Assembly: GCF_006345805.1 (NCBI RefSeq)
Contig: NC_043000.1
Coordinates: 145,266,001-145,330,000, forward strand
Origin: Octopus sinensis
Lineage: Eukaryota
Direction of reading: 5' to 3'
Length of the DNA: 64,000 nt
How positions within the stretch are numbered: position 1 is the stretch's first letter; each line of letters begins with the position of its first letter. Below the pieces are notes generated by a model. The model did no database searches, was not told the origin of the DNA, and saw only the letters and a program-made list of their open reading frames with translations. This document shows, piece by piece, positions 25,021-38,880 of this stretch. The position numbers and the translations under genes were made by a program.

Positions 25021-26679
25021 GAGAGAGATAGGGAGAGATAGTTAGATAAATAGATTTCTGCCTACATTTGTAAGGATGTGTGTATGTATGTCTCTATGTA
25101 TGTTCGCATGTGTATTTATTACACGTGCATATAAGCAAATATATACATTTATACATATACATCTATGCGCAGACACAGATATGTATATAATATATTTGTG
25201 AGTCTTCTTTTTATTAGCTAGATATTTTGCCTCATCAATTTATTCATGTGTCGATGTGCATGGAAAATTGCATGCCTTTGTACTAAATCCATTAACTGTG
25301 CTCCTCTTAATTGTCTGAGAAATAAGGCATGACATGATGCCTTCTGTTTTGTATATAATTACTTTCTATCCAACTATGAAGATGAGGAAAACGGCATGAA
25401 TTGGCACTAAGAAAGCACTGATGTACAGTACGTGGAACAGTGAGGTCGTTTGGTACCTGTTCCTTACATATAAATTGGATAGAATTGTTTTAACTGAAAG
25501 ATGTATTCAATAAGGAGACAATGCATTTGTAATGTGTAGTAGTAAATGACCTCATACTTGATGAGTGGTAAAACGCTTTTTATATATGCATAAATACAGA
25601 GAAAATAATCCCATGTGCTGACAGCGGCCTGATCATACACTCGCTAAAACAAAGGCTAATGCACACTGACAATTCCGCACGCACACACAAGAGCATATAC
25701 ACAAATGTAATTACATCATCTAACATTTTCTTGAAGAACGCTGTGGATATTGGTTCGGATTACTACAATGAGCTTTATAATCTGAATGCTAATCGTTTGG
25801 GAAGTTTTTATAAAGCAAAATGTCTCCAATTATTAAATTATCTGGACATGGCTTCTACATTTATCAGGTAAAGTGTTCATTATACATGATTAAGAAACAT
25901 ACATCACTCTTCAGTGATATCTAGTGCCTTGTTACTGAGAAACGCAAAAAACTACTTGCCACGAAGTCGTATCACAATATTACCACAAATCCGATTCTTT
26001 ATTGGAAAAATAGATTGTTCCGATAACAGTCGCATGCAATTTCCTGACACTTTGGGGAAATTTATTCATGAAAATATCGATTCCATACCAAAGCCAATAT
26101 AATTCAGTGTGTCCAAAATGCGGGACAAAAATTCACTTTGAAATTAAAACAAAAATATTCCGGTTAGAGAGGTCATTAGACGCTTCTCTTTAATTATACA
26201 GCACACTTACTGTTAACAAGAGAAGTTTAAGATCACGGTTACATTCTGACTAGAACTTGTTGCCATTGGTAGCTGCACTTTGGCTGTAATATTTTAGCAG
26301 CATGAGCTTTTGAGGTAACTTGTATGATCTCACCAAATTTATACCGTGAATTAAAATCCAAAATCCAAAGTAGCTTACAAGCTTCTGCGGATTTGGATAG
26401 CGTAACAGACATTGACAATATAGCGATACTGATATTAGCAACTGCTAAAAAGTAAAATAAGAGTGAGTTATATTGTTCATGTTGTTGATGTCAAACAAGA
26501 AGCTAGGAATTGAACAGAATACGATGGCTGTAATTGAATGCAAAGTGAAGTAATTGGCACCTTCACAGTATAATTAGATTAGTTGTTGTGTATGACATGA
26601 AATGAAAGTGCCCAGAATAGAGTATTCGGTTTAAAAATTCAGTACTACGGAATAGTGTACAGAGATATGGCTGGGACAA

Positions 26680-27110
26680 CATCTCTTGACCAGCCCAAGC
26701 TCTGAATAAACTGGAGCACATACTTTACTTTCTATGGAAGGGGCGCGTTCCATTTATCTGGCGCTATATATGCTGACACCACCAGCTGAATGGAGGGCCG
26801 AGTATACCATGGCTGCTGGTGCACAGACATGCGCTGAGGTTACGACATCTCCAGCGATTCCGAGATGGTGAGCATGTGTGGTCACTTTTTGTTAGACACG
26901 ATTTCCCACATCTCGACTATGTGTATGAACTGCAGTCCTAGTTCGCGCGTAGGATGTGGTAGTACACGTGTCACTTAGAGTCTGGTCGTGCGCTCACAGT
27001 CCTCTATCAGTCAGGCAACGAGACCGTTGGAAGTTCAATTTAGGCGTTCTATAGAGAGTTAGAGGCGAGCAAGACACTTGTTATCTTCCGGATTCTTACA
27101 TATGGGATGC
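26680..27110 (+). mobile_element. Degenerate L1/Tx1-clade LINE fragment downstream of the RT
   Basis: LNKLEHILYFLWKGRVP..NGGPSIPWLLVHRHALRLRHLQRF..VWSLFVRHDFP..AFYREL. Confidence 0.65.
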
Positions 27111-27249
27111 TCTCTGAGCAACAGAGAAGAAAAAAATCAACCGAGCAAATAGAGAAATATTTTTCACTCAAATTTTCATATGTATTATTGGATGATGAGA
27201 TGATGTCAGGTCTAACACTGTATAAAACTTAGGCGTATTTACTCTTTCG

Positions 27250-27625
27250 AATTAACTTCCAATCTTTGACATCGAACGTCTCACATGCCGAAACGGCTCT
27301 AGTCGACTTTTATGGAAGTTACACAATATTTTATATGGTGCGTTTCTGTCGAACATCATTCAATATACCATCAACGGATATTTTTTTACATTTTGTCGAA
27401 AGAAGCGAACGTATGGATCTGTCAATGAAGCGGGTTTTTTTTTCCTGATCACCGCTGTTTTCATCTTATAAAGGCTGTGGACAGCTTGACGCGCAGCAAT
27501 TACCGACCATCGAACATAAGCAACTATAGTTCGAATAGTTCATTTCAACTTACAAAATTGAAATTTTTTTCGGAATAATTGTGATTTACAAAAGTTATTA
27601 AAATTATACAAATGTTCAGTCCCTT
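27250..27625 (+). mobile_element. Possible highly decayed mariner transposase 3' end
   Basis: Weak resemblance of TSFNIPSTDIFLHF and YKGCGQL..IEH to YSPDLAPSDYHLF and FY.GI..L..RW. Confidence 0.25.
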
Positions 27626-28754
27626 GATGTTTGCGTTGGTTAGAATAGAAGGCAGAAAATTAAAATCAAATTTATTAACAATATTGTTAAGCCAATTGAC
27701 ACCCACTTTGCTGCTTTATTATTGTCCATATTTACATTAGACTATTTAAATTTGTCGTTTAAATCTTACGTTATTTATGAAAAGTAAAATGTCCTAATTT
27801 TTCATATTACGTTAGAACCATCATCGGTTGAATAAATGGGAATATATTGTGTGTAATACAGTTGAATTAAAATTAAATGATAGCATTTTACTTAGGTCGG
27901 AAAAATTTCAAAATGTACAAGAACGCACATGCAAGCACACACACACTCACACACATATAGACACGCACGCATACACACATATATACAGATGTGTATATAT
28001 ACGTGCACGAGTGTAAACATATAAACATAGTATATTCAGGTAAACATAAGCTAATGCTTATGTTTATATGAATACACATGTGCGTGTGTATGTATGTGTT
28101 TGTGCGTGTATAAACCTGCGTGCGCCTTTATTTTGAGTATACATATATGCATGTGTACACGTATTAATGTGCATGTGTATGACAGTCTGTGCGTGTAAGT
28201 TTAGGAGAATAGCCAAAGCATATAACTGCTTACAATAACAAGTATTGGAGTTGTTCCATTTGAACAGAATATGATTTGTATGGTTCAGTAGTTATTTTGG
28301 CAAACATTCTAAGCTCAGAATGATTTTCGTGAAGGGACTTTGTATGCTGAACGCAAAGACAAATATAGAAATAGATATAACTGAGCTATAAGTTGTATGA
28401 TGTCTGTCATATTTGCCTTGTCTATCTTATAAACGAGAAGAGCCAATAGAAAATCATCCTGCAATTAAATAGTTCTTCGTTTTGTTTATTTGTGGTATAG
28501 TTATTTTGGCATAATCGTTGCTCTTGTCGACTTAATATTTTCGTGTTTTAGTGTCGTTTTTAGTGTATTTGACAATGTTTCTAGTGACCTTTCGTACTAT
28601 AAGATGAAGAATATTCTTTCTATATATATTTATATGTTACCTAGCGATGAGAAGGTTTTGAAAGTCGTTTTTCTTCTACTCGTCAGCATTAGAAGTGCTG
28701 AAAACGTTTTTTTCTATAACTATGTAGCTATGTATCAACAAACACTGCGGATTT

Positions 28755-28967
28755 CCTGACGGTCTGGATGTGTAGTAAGAAGTTTGCTTCCAAACCAGAT
28801 GTACCAGATTCAGTCGCACTGCGTTGCACATTGGGCAAATATTTTCTGTACAACAGCCTCGGGGCGACCAAAGCCGTGTGAGTGGATTTCGTAGAGAAAA
28901 ACTTCGTGTATATGGGTGTGCGTGCGTATGCGTGTGTGTGTGCATGCGTGTGTGTGTATACGCGCAC

Positions 28968-29003
<36 letters not shown>

Positions 29004-29190
29004 ATGTGTGTGTGTATCTTTGTGACTGTGTTTCTCACTCACACTTGTTGCTGGCGTGTTTATGTCCCCGTAAGTTTGCCGTTCGGAAAGATATACCGAA
29101 TATACCGATAGAAATATCAGGCTTTTCAAAAAGACAAAGCTGGTGTCGATAATTTCAAATGAAATTTTTTCAAGGCAATCTCTATGGATG
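28755..29190 (+). mobile_element. Degenerate copy of the 22630-type SINE
   Basis: GACCAAAGCC.TGTGAGTGGATTT, internal (TG)n and GTGTTTATGTCCCCGT. Confidence 0.7.
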
Positions 29191-29393
29191 ACCGAAACGT
29201 GTTAAATAAATATATATGTGAGTGTCTGTGTGGGCGCGTCTCTGTGTGTATATCTTATATACGTGCGTGTGTATTTGCAAGAAATGACACGTGAAAGCTG
29301 AGAATATATTGCCGAAGGAACAAACTGAATATTATAAAATAAGTACCTGTAGATCAGATACTATTTTTCCATCTTTTAACACTTTTGTCGCCC

Positions 29394-29475
29394 TAGACAT
29401 AACTTGTATATGTCTAAGTCAGGACCAAAAGAAGACGAAAGGATGTCTTAGACGTTAGGTCTAAGACATCCTTTC
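29394..29475. other. Two adjacent hairpins: 8 bp stem (29394-29416) and perfect 17 bp stem (29437-29475)
   Basis: TAGACATA / TATGTCTA; GAAAGGATGTCTTAGAC-gttag-GTCTAAGACATCCTTTC. Confidence 0.9.
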
Positions 29476-29722
29476 AGCAGGAGAAAAAACTGTTCGGATA
29501 AAAAGATATTTGCGTTTTACGAGTAAACTAAAACAAAGTATACAACAGACGATGATAGTGCAATAAGGACGTCGTTAAAAGTATGAGTTCCGAAGAGGAT
29601 GAGCTGCGAGGATGATGATCTCAAGTAAATAACTGAAGGAAGAGAGATAAGGAGGCTTTCATAAGTAAATAGATTAGTTAATGAGACACATACATACATC
29701 AATACACATACAAGTACATATG

Positions 29723-29793
<71 letters not shown>

Positions 29794-29974
29794 CATGCAT
29801 ACATATATACATACATATATACGTACATATATATGCATATATATATATATACATACGCAAATACGTACATATATATACATACAAATATACATACACAACT
29901 ACATACATATATATATATATATATACAGTCACATATATGCACTTATATATATATATATATACACTACGTACATG

Positions 29975-31240
29975 CATACATACATACAAATCAGCATTAA
30001 TACATGCATATATAGAAAGAAAAATACCCTTGTTGTGGAGGATGAAAATCTAATTAAGTAGCCCTGGATCTAGGCTAGAAACGAGCTCTTTTTCTATTGG
30101 CAAGCAATCTTGAAATAAAACTGAACAAGGACATACATACATACATGCATACATACATACATACATGCATGCATGCATACATGCATACATACATACATAC
30201 ACACATATGCATACATACATACATACATACATACATACATACATACATACATACATACATACATAGTTTACATAAAGCTTAAGATCATAAGAAAATATTG
30301 AGAAATCTGCAGTTACTCTATCCTGAAATCAACTTCAGGTTTATACCTGTAACAATTGGTGCTCTGGGATAAGTAACACAATGGCTAAATACAAATCTTG
30401 AGAAATTAGGTTTCTCAAATCTAGAAAGGAGGAAACTAATTCGAAGTCTGCGGATACAATTCAGCATTTGAATTTTAAAAATCTGTAAAAATTTCTAGAA
30501 GTTGAGCATTTAAATATATATGAGTGTGTCTAGATATGCAGCTATATGCATGAAAACAAAATATATATATCTCCACATATACATACATCGGTAAGTACAT
30601 ACGTACATACATACAGGCAAAAATACATGCATATTCAGTTATTGATGTTGAAATTCCAATGAAGGAGCCTTGGATCCATGTTATAAACCGGTTCTTTCTC
30701 CATTGGCATGAAATCTTGATATAAAAATGAATAACGACATACAGACATACATACAACAATACATACATACCTACGTACACACGTACATACATGCATACAT
30801 ACTTACATACACATATGCATACATGCACACGTGTAAATAAGCCTAAGTACCAATTTCGAGACATAGGGCTTCTCAAAACCAGAAAGGAAAAAGCTGATAC
30901 AAAGGCTACAGGTCAAGCCATCAATGAAACTGAAAATCTGTAAAAAGTCTATATGCGCATGTCTAGACATGCAACTATATGTATGAAAATGCATACATTA
31001 AACAAAGCATGCAAAACTGCATATGTACTGATTGCACACTTATACATATATGCAAATATACCGTGTTGATATTGAAATTACACCGATGTATCCTTCGATC
31101 ACTATTAGAAATCAGCTATTCCTCTATTGGCAAGAAATCGTGTACCAAAACTCAATAGACACATACGTGCATACACACATAAGTACATAGTACATTTATA
31201 CATACATGCATGCATATATGTATACTTGTATATATGTGCA
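29975..31240 (+). mobile_element. Three head-to-tail, 5'-truncated 3' ends of an RLE-type non-LTR retrotransposon, each ending in (CATA)n
   Basis: Unit 2 encodes LRNLQLLYPEINFRFIPVTIGALG*..LEKLGFSNLERRKLIR..LKICKNF; unit 3 encodes GFSKPERKKLIQRLQ..LKICKK. All three share a terminal block C(T/C)ATTGGCA..AATC, ending at about 30130, 30736 and 31160. Confidence 0.7.
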
Positions 31241-32039
31241 TGCAGGTCTGAGTATGTATTTTGTGCGCGTTTACGTTCTTGCTTCTCTAGGCATTCACAT
31301 AATGGTATGAATTTAGATTTGATCATAATTATTAATCGTTTACTTGAGATTTTATTTGGTCTGTTGTCGGAAACCACGGTTTTCTTAGTCCGAAGTATAT
31401 TTAAATAGTTTGGAATGACACTACGTTGGAAAATGTCCCGAACAAACATTTTAAGCATGAGTAATCAGGTGGAAAAGCAATACAGCTTAGTTTAAAATGC
31501 AACAGCTTGGTTCTTGCCGCAGTACATACGCACAACTATTTTTAAGCTTTCGAAAAATGTAAATTTAGTATCGCTTTGGATGTTCCATGAACGTCATTCT
31601 TGATTATATAGTTAAGACCCATTATAGGGTGTCATTATACTCACACACACACGCACACACACGCACGCACACAAACTCGCGTACACATAGATTTCTGTGG
31701 ATATGTCAGGTGTTTCTGTTTTTGGTTCTGTATGTGGCAATTTGATTTGATTTCTTCATTACAAATGCAAAGAATTACGCATAAATACATGCATCTAAAT
31801 ATCAGATATGTATAAATATTTGCTTTCCATATTATATTCCAATTTCCTCCATTCAGTTATATTTGAATCACGGGAACATTACTGTAAATTTAATTAATTC
31901 AATTTACTTTGCATTTCCTACTTCGTTCTCTCAGAAATACACCCCAATTAAGAGATTTAATATTCTTATCTGCATACAGTTACTCTGTAAAGTATATTTG
32001 CATATATTAATTATATCCATTTATAACACACACGCGCAT

Positions 32040-32135
<96 letters not shown>

Positions 32136-32594
32136 TAATGTTCACAGAATAAAGATATAGGCTACAACAAGCTTCTAGCTTCAGAAATTGTCTAGGTAAC
32201 TTTTATAACACAATTTATGTCAACATACTATCTGTGGGCTCCGGGCACATGGTCTACTGTACTTATAAATTAGGACGTTAGTACAAACGTAATCACACAA
32301 AGATAACGAGAATAAGGTAGATTGCAAAGATCCACCGTTGGCGTTTATATTCACCCTTTCACATTTTCATCAAGTTTCTGGATTTTCATCTTCGATTTCT
32401 CTTGCACATACGTCTCGACTTACAAATACAATAAACCAAATTCGCAGAATTTGAAATTGCTTCGAGACACAAGGCGTATTATAAAACCGTCTAGACCCGG
32501 ATCTCAAAAGCAAGAAATTATTAGTAGCTCGTTTATATATACTGAGTACATCAAGTTTTTTATCTTACCTTTTGTTTGTTAATCTTACGTTAAC

Positions 32595-33830
32595 GTAACA
32601 GTAAACTGACACCCAGCATAAGTTTCCACCAGGTAGAAACAACCTGATAGAGCTCTTCGAACATCACACATCTGCTATGATATGTCACAAACAGCGTGCT
32701 TTCGGCATAGTCACAAAAATTGGAGAGTGGCTACATGACTTTCTAAAAGATAGACGTAAGGCAGTAGTGGCCAATGTAGTCACCTGACAAAAACACAAAT
32801 AGTAAGTGCTGTTCCACAGAGCACTGTATTAGGGCCACTCTTATTCATAGTGTCCTTCTCCGATATGCCCTCAGCTGTTAAGATGACCACCCTTGCTAGC
32901 GATGCAGACGACACATACGTATCTCAGACAATACAAAAACCCGGAAATATTGCGCATATGCAACGGGAATTGAACGCAATATACAGGTGGGCTGAGGACA
33001 ACAACATGCAGTTTCATGCAGGAAAATTACAAGCCTTTCGCTACCAGCACAAAAACTGAACGACACGCAAACAGGATACACTAGCCCAGGAGGAATTGCA
33101 ATCTCTGAAAATATATCAGTGAGTGACCTAGACATTGACATGGGCAATGGTGCTTGTTTCTAGGTGCATTGTAATCTGATAATTAAAATTCAGACGAATA
33201 GCTGGATGGATCCCGCGAACTTTAAAAACGAAAAAAAAAGGAGACAATGATGGTCTTTTAGAGAGCATCCCTCTTCAGCCGCTTGGACTACTCCTCCCTA
33301 CTAAGGTCACTATAGGGTATATACTTAACGGCAGAACTCAAAGCAATCCAATGAATCTACACAAATAAAATCGTCTCAGTGCAAGACACCAGAAACCGGT
33401 AAGACTTAAATATAGAGCAGGAACGCCAGGTACTGTGTAAGACTTAAACGGATAAATCTCTTTTCTCTAGTACGAAGGTGGGAAAGATATGCACTGATAT
33501 ACATCTAGAAACTCCTGGAAGGCCTTTTACCAAACTTTGGCATTGAAAGTTACACAAACAGCACAACGGAGCGCCAGTGCATAGTGCCAACGATCCCAGC
33601 ATCACCAACAAAATACAGAACCAGATACTGCAAGAGCTTGCGTTTCAAGGGCCCACTGCTTTTCAGTATCATTTCGAAATGCCTGAGATATGTGCAGAGT
33701 GTGGATGCGACTTCAAAGCAAAGCTTGTTCTCCCCTTCTGAAGGGCTCCAGATGGGACTACCTCACAGCAAGAAACACAAATGGGGCAGCAACATCAAAT
33801 TCCGTCATTCACCAGATGACACATATCAGA
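32595..33830 (+). mobile_element. CR1-clade LINE RT and 3' region, degenerate, with internal deletion
   Basis: SAVPQSTVLGPLLFI, DADDTYV, IYRWAEDNNMQFH, WKAF/PNFGIE, YRTRYCKSLRFKGPLLF. Confidence 0.85.
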
Positions 33831-33924
33831 GAAGATTTGAAATAATGTTGTAGCACAGCGAACAGTGGTGCCCCATTATGATCGAAGCTTTAAAGCTGAA
33901 ACACTTTTCAGAATTAAAGAAGAT

Positions 33925-33942
33925 ACACACACACACACACAC

Positions 33943-34012
<70 letters not shown>

Positions 34013-34165
34013 TATATATTATATATATACATACATATATATGCATATATATGCATATATATATATATACAAATATATATATATACATATATATACATGT
34101 GTGTATGTGTATGTATATATATGTATATGTATATATGTATATATATATATATATGTATATATATG

Positions 34166-34230
<65 letters not shown>
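33925..34230. repeat. (CA)n / (TA)n compound microsatellite
   Basis: Direct inspection. Confidence 0.95.
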
Positions 34231-34232
<2 letters not shown>

Positions 34233-36804
34233 TGACTTGTCTCTGATTCTTGTAAGGAGCTAAGTCCTAGTGAGTATGCAACTGTGCTTGATGATGTTAA
34301 TCATGTAATTGATGTTAATAGTGGAAATAATTTGATCCATTTGTGGGACTTCAATGATGTATCTTGCTGAGTTCGATCGAACACTATCAATCACTGGAAG
34401 CTTCATTCGGTTCTTCAGATAAAAATTCACTTCACTTTAGTAGTTTCGCTAGGACTTGGAGTGATGGGTATTTTATTTAAGAGGATACTGTGGTGAATCT
34501 TATCAAAGACTTTCCTGAGGTCAAGATAAATGAGAAAACCTTTGGAGTCCTAGAGTTTCCCTTAAGATTTTTGTCCACTCTTTGTTGCAATGACAATGAT
34601 GCAAATGACGACACCGATTTAGCAGAATAATTATTATGTAGGTTATTGCCTTGGGGAGTTAAGAGTGCAACACGATGTTTGATATCTGAGAACAAAATAT
34701 ATATTTAGCCGTTAATATTTAATGCGCTCATCCCAAGATGAAATTAATCACATAATCGAATGTTTCTCCCATGACTTAGATGTTGTATAATGCGTGAATA
34801 TATTTATGTGTGTGTGCAGGTGTGTATAATAATTTCTCTCTAAATCACGGAACGAACCTATGCACATACATATATTCATATGTATACACATACATGTCTA
34901 GAAATGAGTATATAATCTTTAATTCACAATGATTTATTGCAGCTTAACCATCTATCAAATTTTAGCTGATTGTAAATATGTCGCTCCGTAACTAGAGAAA
35001 GATGTTACTGATTCCGATGAAATTACAATTATTATAAATAACAAGGCTATAAAGTGTAGCTTAAAAATCTATATATGGTATTTACATATATTAATTGCAT
35101 ATTACCATTTTACTACATTTACATTGAAATGAAATAAAAACTAATATTAACTAAAATATTCAAATATGCAATTATTTTTAGTTGATATTTAAATATACTA
35201 TATCTGCACAGGTGAATTATGGCTATACATCCAAAGATAATTACTTGTTTATGTCTCGTATTTACACATATATTAACAATAAAATTAATAATGTATGTTG
35301 TCATGTGTCAGCGTATGAATGGAGATAAAAAAAATATATCAGATATTTGATGTGGAAAAAAATAGTTTATAGTTTGCCTCATTCTAATAAAATTCTTAAT
35401 GTTTTAAAATGTTTGAACGTATGAATTATGCGGTTTAATGCTGGTCTTTCTGTATTTAAAAATGGACATATTTAAAGAGTCACTTGCGAAATATTCGTGT
35501 ATAATTGTTATACTTTAGATACATAACTCTTTAGCATACAAATCGATGATGTAGTATTAGTTTAACTCATAAACCTGGGTACTAACTGGAATTATAAACT
35601 GAATTCTAAAGACGAAAATGAAAACCGCAATAATGTTCGATGATAGAAAACAAAATTGAATCTTTAGAATCGAATGCCGTACTAAATCTCGATAGTACTG
35701 AATCTAGGGAGACAGACATAGGTGATAATAAAATGTTTGAACGTTGAGAAGTGAAATGTTAACTGCCGGTTTAGAAAACCAGGCTGCAAAGCTAGAACAG
35801 AATTCTTACTAGCTGAACTTGCCAATTTTTTTCTAATTGACATCTATATTCTCTCTTCATTATCAAATCATGTTTCTTAATTTCACAAAGCAAATTCCAC
35901 ATTTACATGCATAAACATGTTGCACATGTTATCTAATGAAGCATTCTACTGCACATTCAGAGTATAAAACCAAAGACAGCTAAATTGTACTTAACGTAAT
36001 GCCTAGAACCTTAAAGATTTACTACGTTGTGAGACAGCAGAAGTTCCCAGACAACAGGGATGATTTGAATCTAGTGTATAACAAGATACTTTTTAGATAG
36101 ATGAAATATTTTCTCCAGAATGTTCGTTGAGGTTATTTTCTGCAACAAATATGTTTATTAATTCAACTTCGTATTCCAAAAATCCAAACTTGTGTCATAT
36201 ACTTTGTGGAAGCTACAAGGTTTTCACAAACTACATGATAAAAGAAAAAAAGTTTTATTAAAATCTTCAACCTGTTCTGAACGGTAACAAGAACAATAAT
36301 GTAACAACCATTGAATGATGTGTATTAAAACGTTTCTTTAACCTACGAATATAAACAAATTACAGAAAACTCCCACCGACGGAAATAAAAGTGATAGAAA
36401 CCAACTAAGTTTGCTCTCTCATAAAAGCATTACATATAAACCGCAAGTTACTAGGTTGAAATAAGGCGGAATCTATGCCAGTAACATCGATGCACCTTCC
36501 TGATTGGTCAAAACCGTATTCGAAAACTTCAGCTTGTGACAGCCTTCTAAAGGGCATAAAAAGCAAGAAGTCAGTCATTTTACTACAGTTGTCAAGCACC
36601 CAACTCAACTGTCAGTTAATACATTTTGAAATCTAATGTTGACTACGAAAGCACGAATGTACTAATTGAACTTAACACACTTCAACATTGTAAGATATAT
36701 TTTTTAATGCAATAAGAAAAAAAAACGTAAAAATACACCACGTTGTAAATTTATTCAGCTGATATATTATTCTATACAACTTTCTACAAATTCGCAGGCG
36801 GGTA

Positions 36805-37145
36805 TACTCTTTTACTCTTTTACTTGTTTTCAGTCATTTGACTGCGGCCATGCTGGAGCACCGTCTTTAATCGAGAAACTCGACCCCGGGACTTATTCTT
36901 TGTAAGCCCAGTACTTATTTTATTGGTCTCTTTTCAGACACACAGACATGCACACATACACATACATATATATATATATACGATGGGCTTCTTTCAGCTT
37001 CTGTCTACCAAATCCACCCACAAGGCTTTGGTCGGCCCGAGGCTATAGTAGAAGACACTTACACAAGGTGCCACGCAGTGGGACTGAACCCGGAACCACA
37101 TGGTTGGTAAACAAGCTACTTACCACACAGCCACTCCTGCGCCTA
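36805..37145 (-). mobile_element. 22630-type SINE with ~70 bp internal deletion
   Basis: Head and tail nearly identical to 22630-23079; the segment between GGTCTCTTTT and CAGACACAC is missing. Confidence 0.88.
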
Positions 37146-37302
37146 TATTCACTTATTTATTTTTGCTCTATTATGTAAGATGTTTTGACCAGTTAGATTA
37201 CGCAACAGTTCATATTAAATGTATGCTTGTATGTATGTTGACAAATAGATAGATAAATAGATAGATATAGATAGATAGATAAATGTCCATGTGTGTATGT
37301 AT

Positions 37303-38880
37303 GTAGGTAGGTAGGCAGGGGGGTAGGCAGGTATGTAGGTAGGTAGCTATGTAGGTAGGATGGTAGGTAGGTAGGTAGATAGGTAAGTAGTTAGGTAGGT
37401 AGGTAGGTAGGTATGTAGGTAGTTAGGTAGGTAGGTAGGTATGTAGGTAAGTATGTAGGTAGGTATATAGGTAAATTGGTATATAGGTAGGTAGGTAGTT
37501 AGGTAGGTAGGTAGGTAGGTAGGTAGGTAGGTAGGTAGGTAGGTAGGCAGACAGGTAGGTATGTAGGTAGGTAGGTAGGTAGGTATGTAGGTAGGTAGGT
37601 AAGTAGGTAAGTAGGTATGTAGGTAGGAAGATAGGTATGTAGGTAGGTAGGTAGGTAGGTAGGTAGGCAGGTAGGAAAGTAGTTAGGTAGGTAGGTAAGT
37701 GGGTAAGTAGCTAGGTAGGTAGGAAGGTAGGTAAGTAGGTAGGTAGGCAGTCAGGTAGGTAGGTAGGTAAGTAGGTAGGTAGGTAGGTAGTTACGTAGGT
37801 AGGTAGGTAGGTAGGTAAGTAGGTAGGTAGGTAGGTAGGTAGGTAGGGGGGTAGGTAGGTAGGTAGGTAGGTAGGTAGGTATGTAGGTAGTTAGGTAGGT
37901 AGGTAGGTATGTAGGTAAGTAGGTAGGTAGGTATATAGGTAAATTGGTAGGTAGGTAGGTAGGTAGGTAGTTAGGTAGGTAGGTAGGTAGGTAGGTAGGT
38001 GGTAGGTAGGTAGGCAGGTAGGAAGTAGTTAGGTAGGTAGGTAGGTAGGTAGGTAGGTAGTAGTAGGTAGGTAGGTAGGTAGGAAGATAGGTATGTAGGT
38101 AGGTAGGTAGGTAGGTAGGTAGGTAGGCAGGTAGGAAAGTAGTTAGGTAGGTAGGTAAGTGGGTAAGTAGCTAGGTAGGTAGGAAGGTAGGTAAGTAGGT
38201 AGGTAGGCAGTCAGGTAGGTAGGTAGGTAAGTAGGTAGGTAGGTAGGTAGTTACGTAGGTAGGTAGGTAGGTAGGTAAGTAGGTAAGTAGGTAGGTAGGT
38301 AGGTAGGGGGGTAGGTAGGTAGGTAGGTAGGTAGGTAGGTAGGTATGTAGGTAGTTAGGTAGGTAGGTAGGTATGTAGGTAAGTAGGTAGGTAGGTATAT
38401 AGGTAAGTAGGTAGGTAGGTAGGTAGTTAGGTAGGTAGGTAGGTAGGTAGGTAGGTAGGTAGGTAGGCAGACAGGTAGGTAGGTAGGTAGGTAGGTAGGT
38501 AGGTAGGTAGGTAGGTAAGTAGGTAAGTAGGTATGTAGGTAGGAAGATAGGTATGTAGGTAGGTAGGTAGGTAGTAGGTAGGTAGGTAGGCAGGTAGGAA
38601 AGTAGTTAGGTAGGTAGGTAAGTGGGTAAGTAGCTAGGTAGGTAGGAAGGTAGGTAAGTAGGTAGGTAGGCAGTCAGGTAGGTAGGTAGGTAAGTAGGTA
38701 GGTAGGTAGGTAGGTAGTTACGTAGGTAGGTAGGTAGGTAGGTAGGTAGGTAGGTAGGTAGGTAGGTAGGTAGGTAGGTAAGTAGGTAGGTAGGTAGGTA
38801 GGTAGGTAGGTAGGTAGGTAGGTACGTAGGTAGGTAGGTAGGTAGGTAGGTACGTAGGTAGGTAGGTACGTAGGTAGGTA
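37303..38880. repeat. ~1.6 kb (TAGG)n satellite with ~460 bp higher-order repeat
   Basis: Variant landmarks recur: GGAAGATAGG at 37626/38082/38542; GGAAAGT at 37674/38134/38597; TTACG at 37791/38251/38718. Confidence 0.95.

Noticed and set aside
34260-34370. APE-like remnants (..LIHLWDFN here; TGGGML near 43860 on the minus strand)
   Set aside because: Single degenerate motifs only; plausible old LINE debris but not supportable as features.
37303-38880. Telomere or interstitial telomeric repeat
   Set aside because: The unit is TAGG, not TTAGGG or TTAGG (only scattered TTAGG variants), and it has ordinary flanks on both sides.
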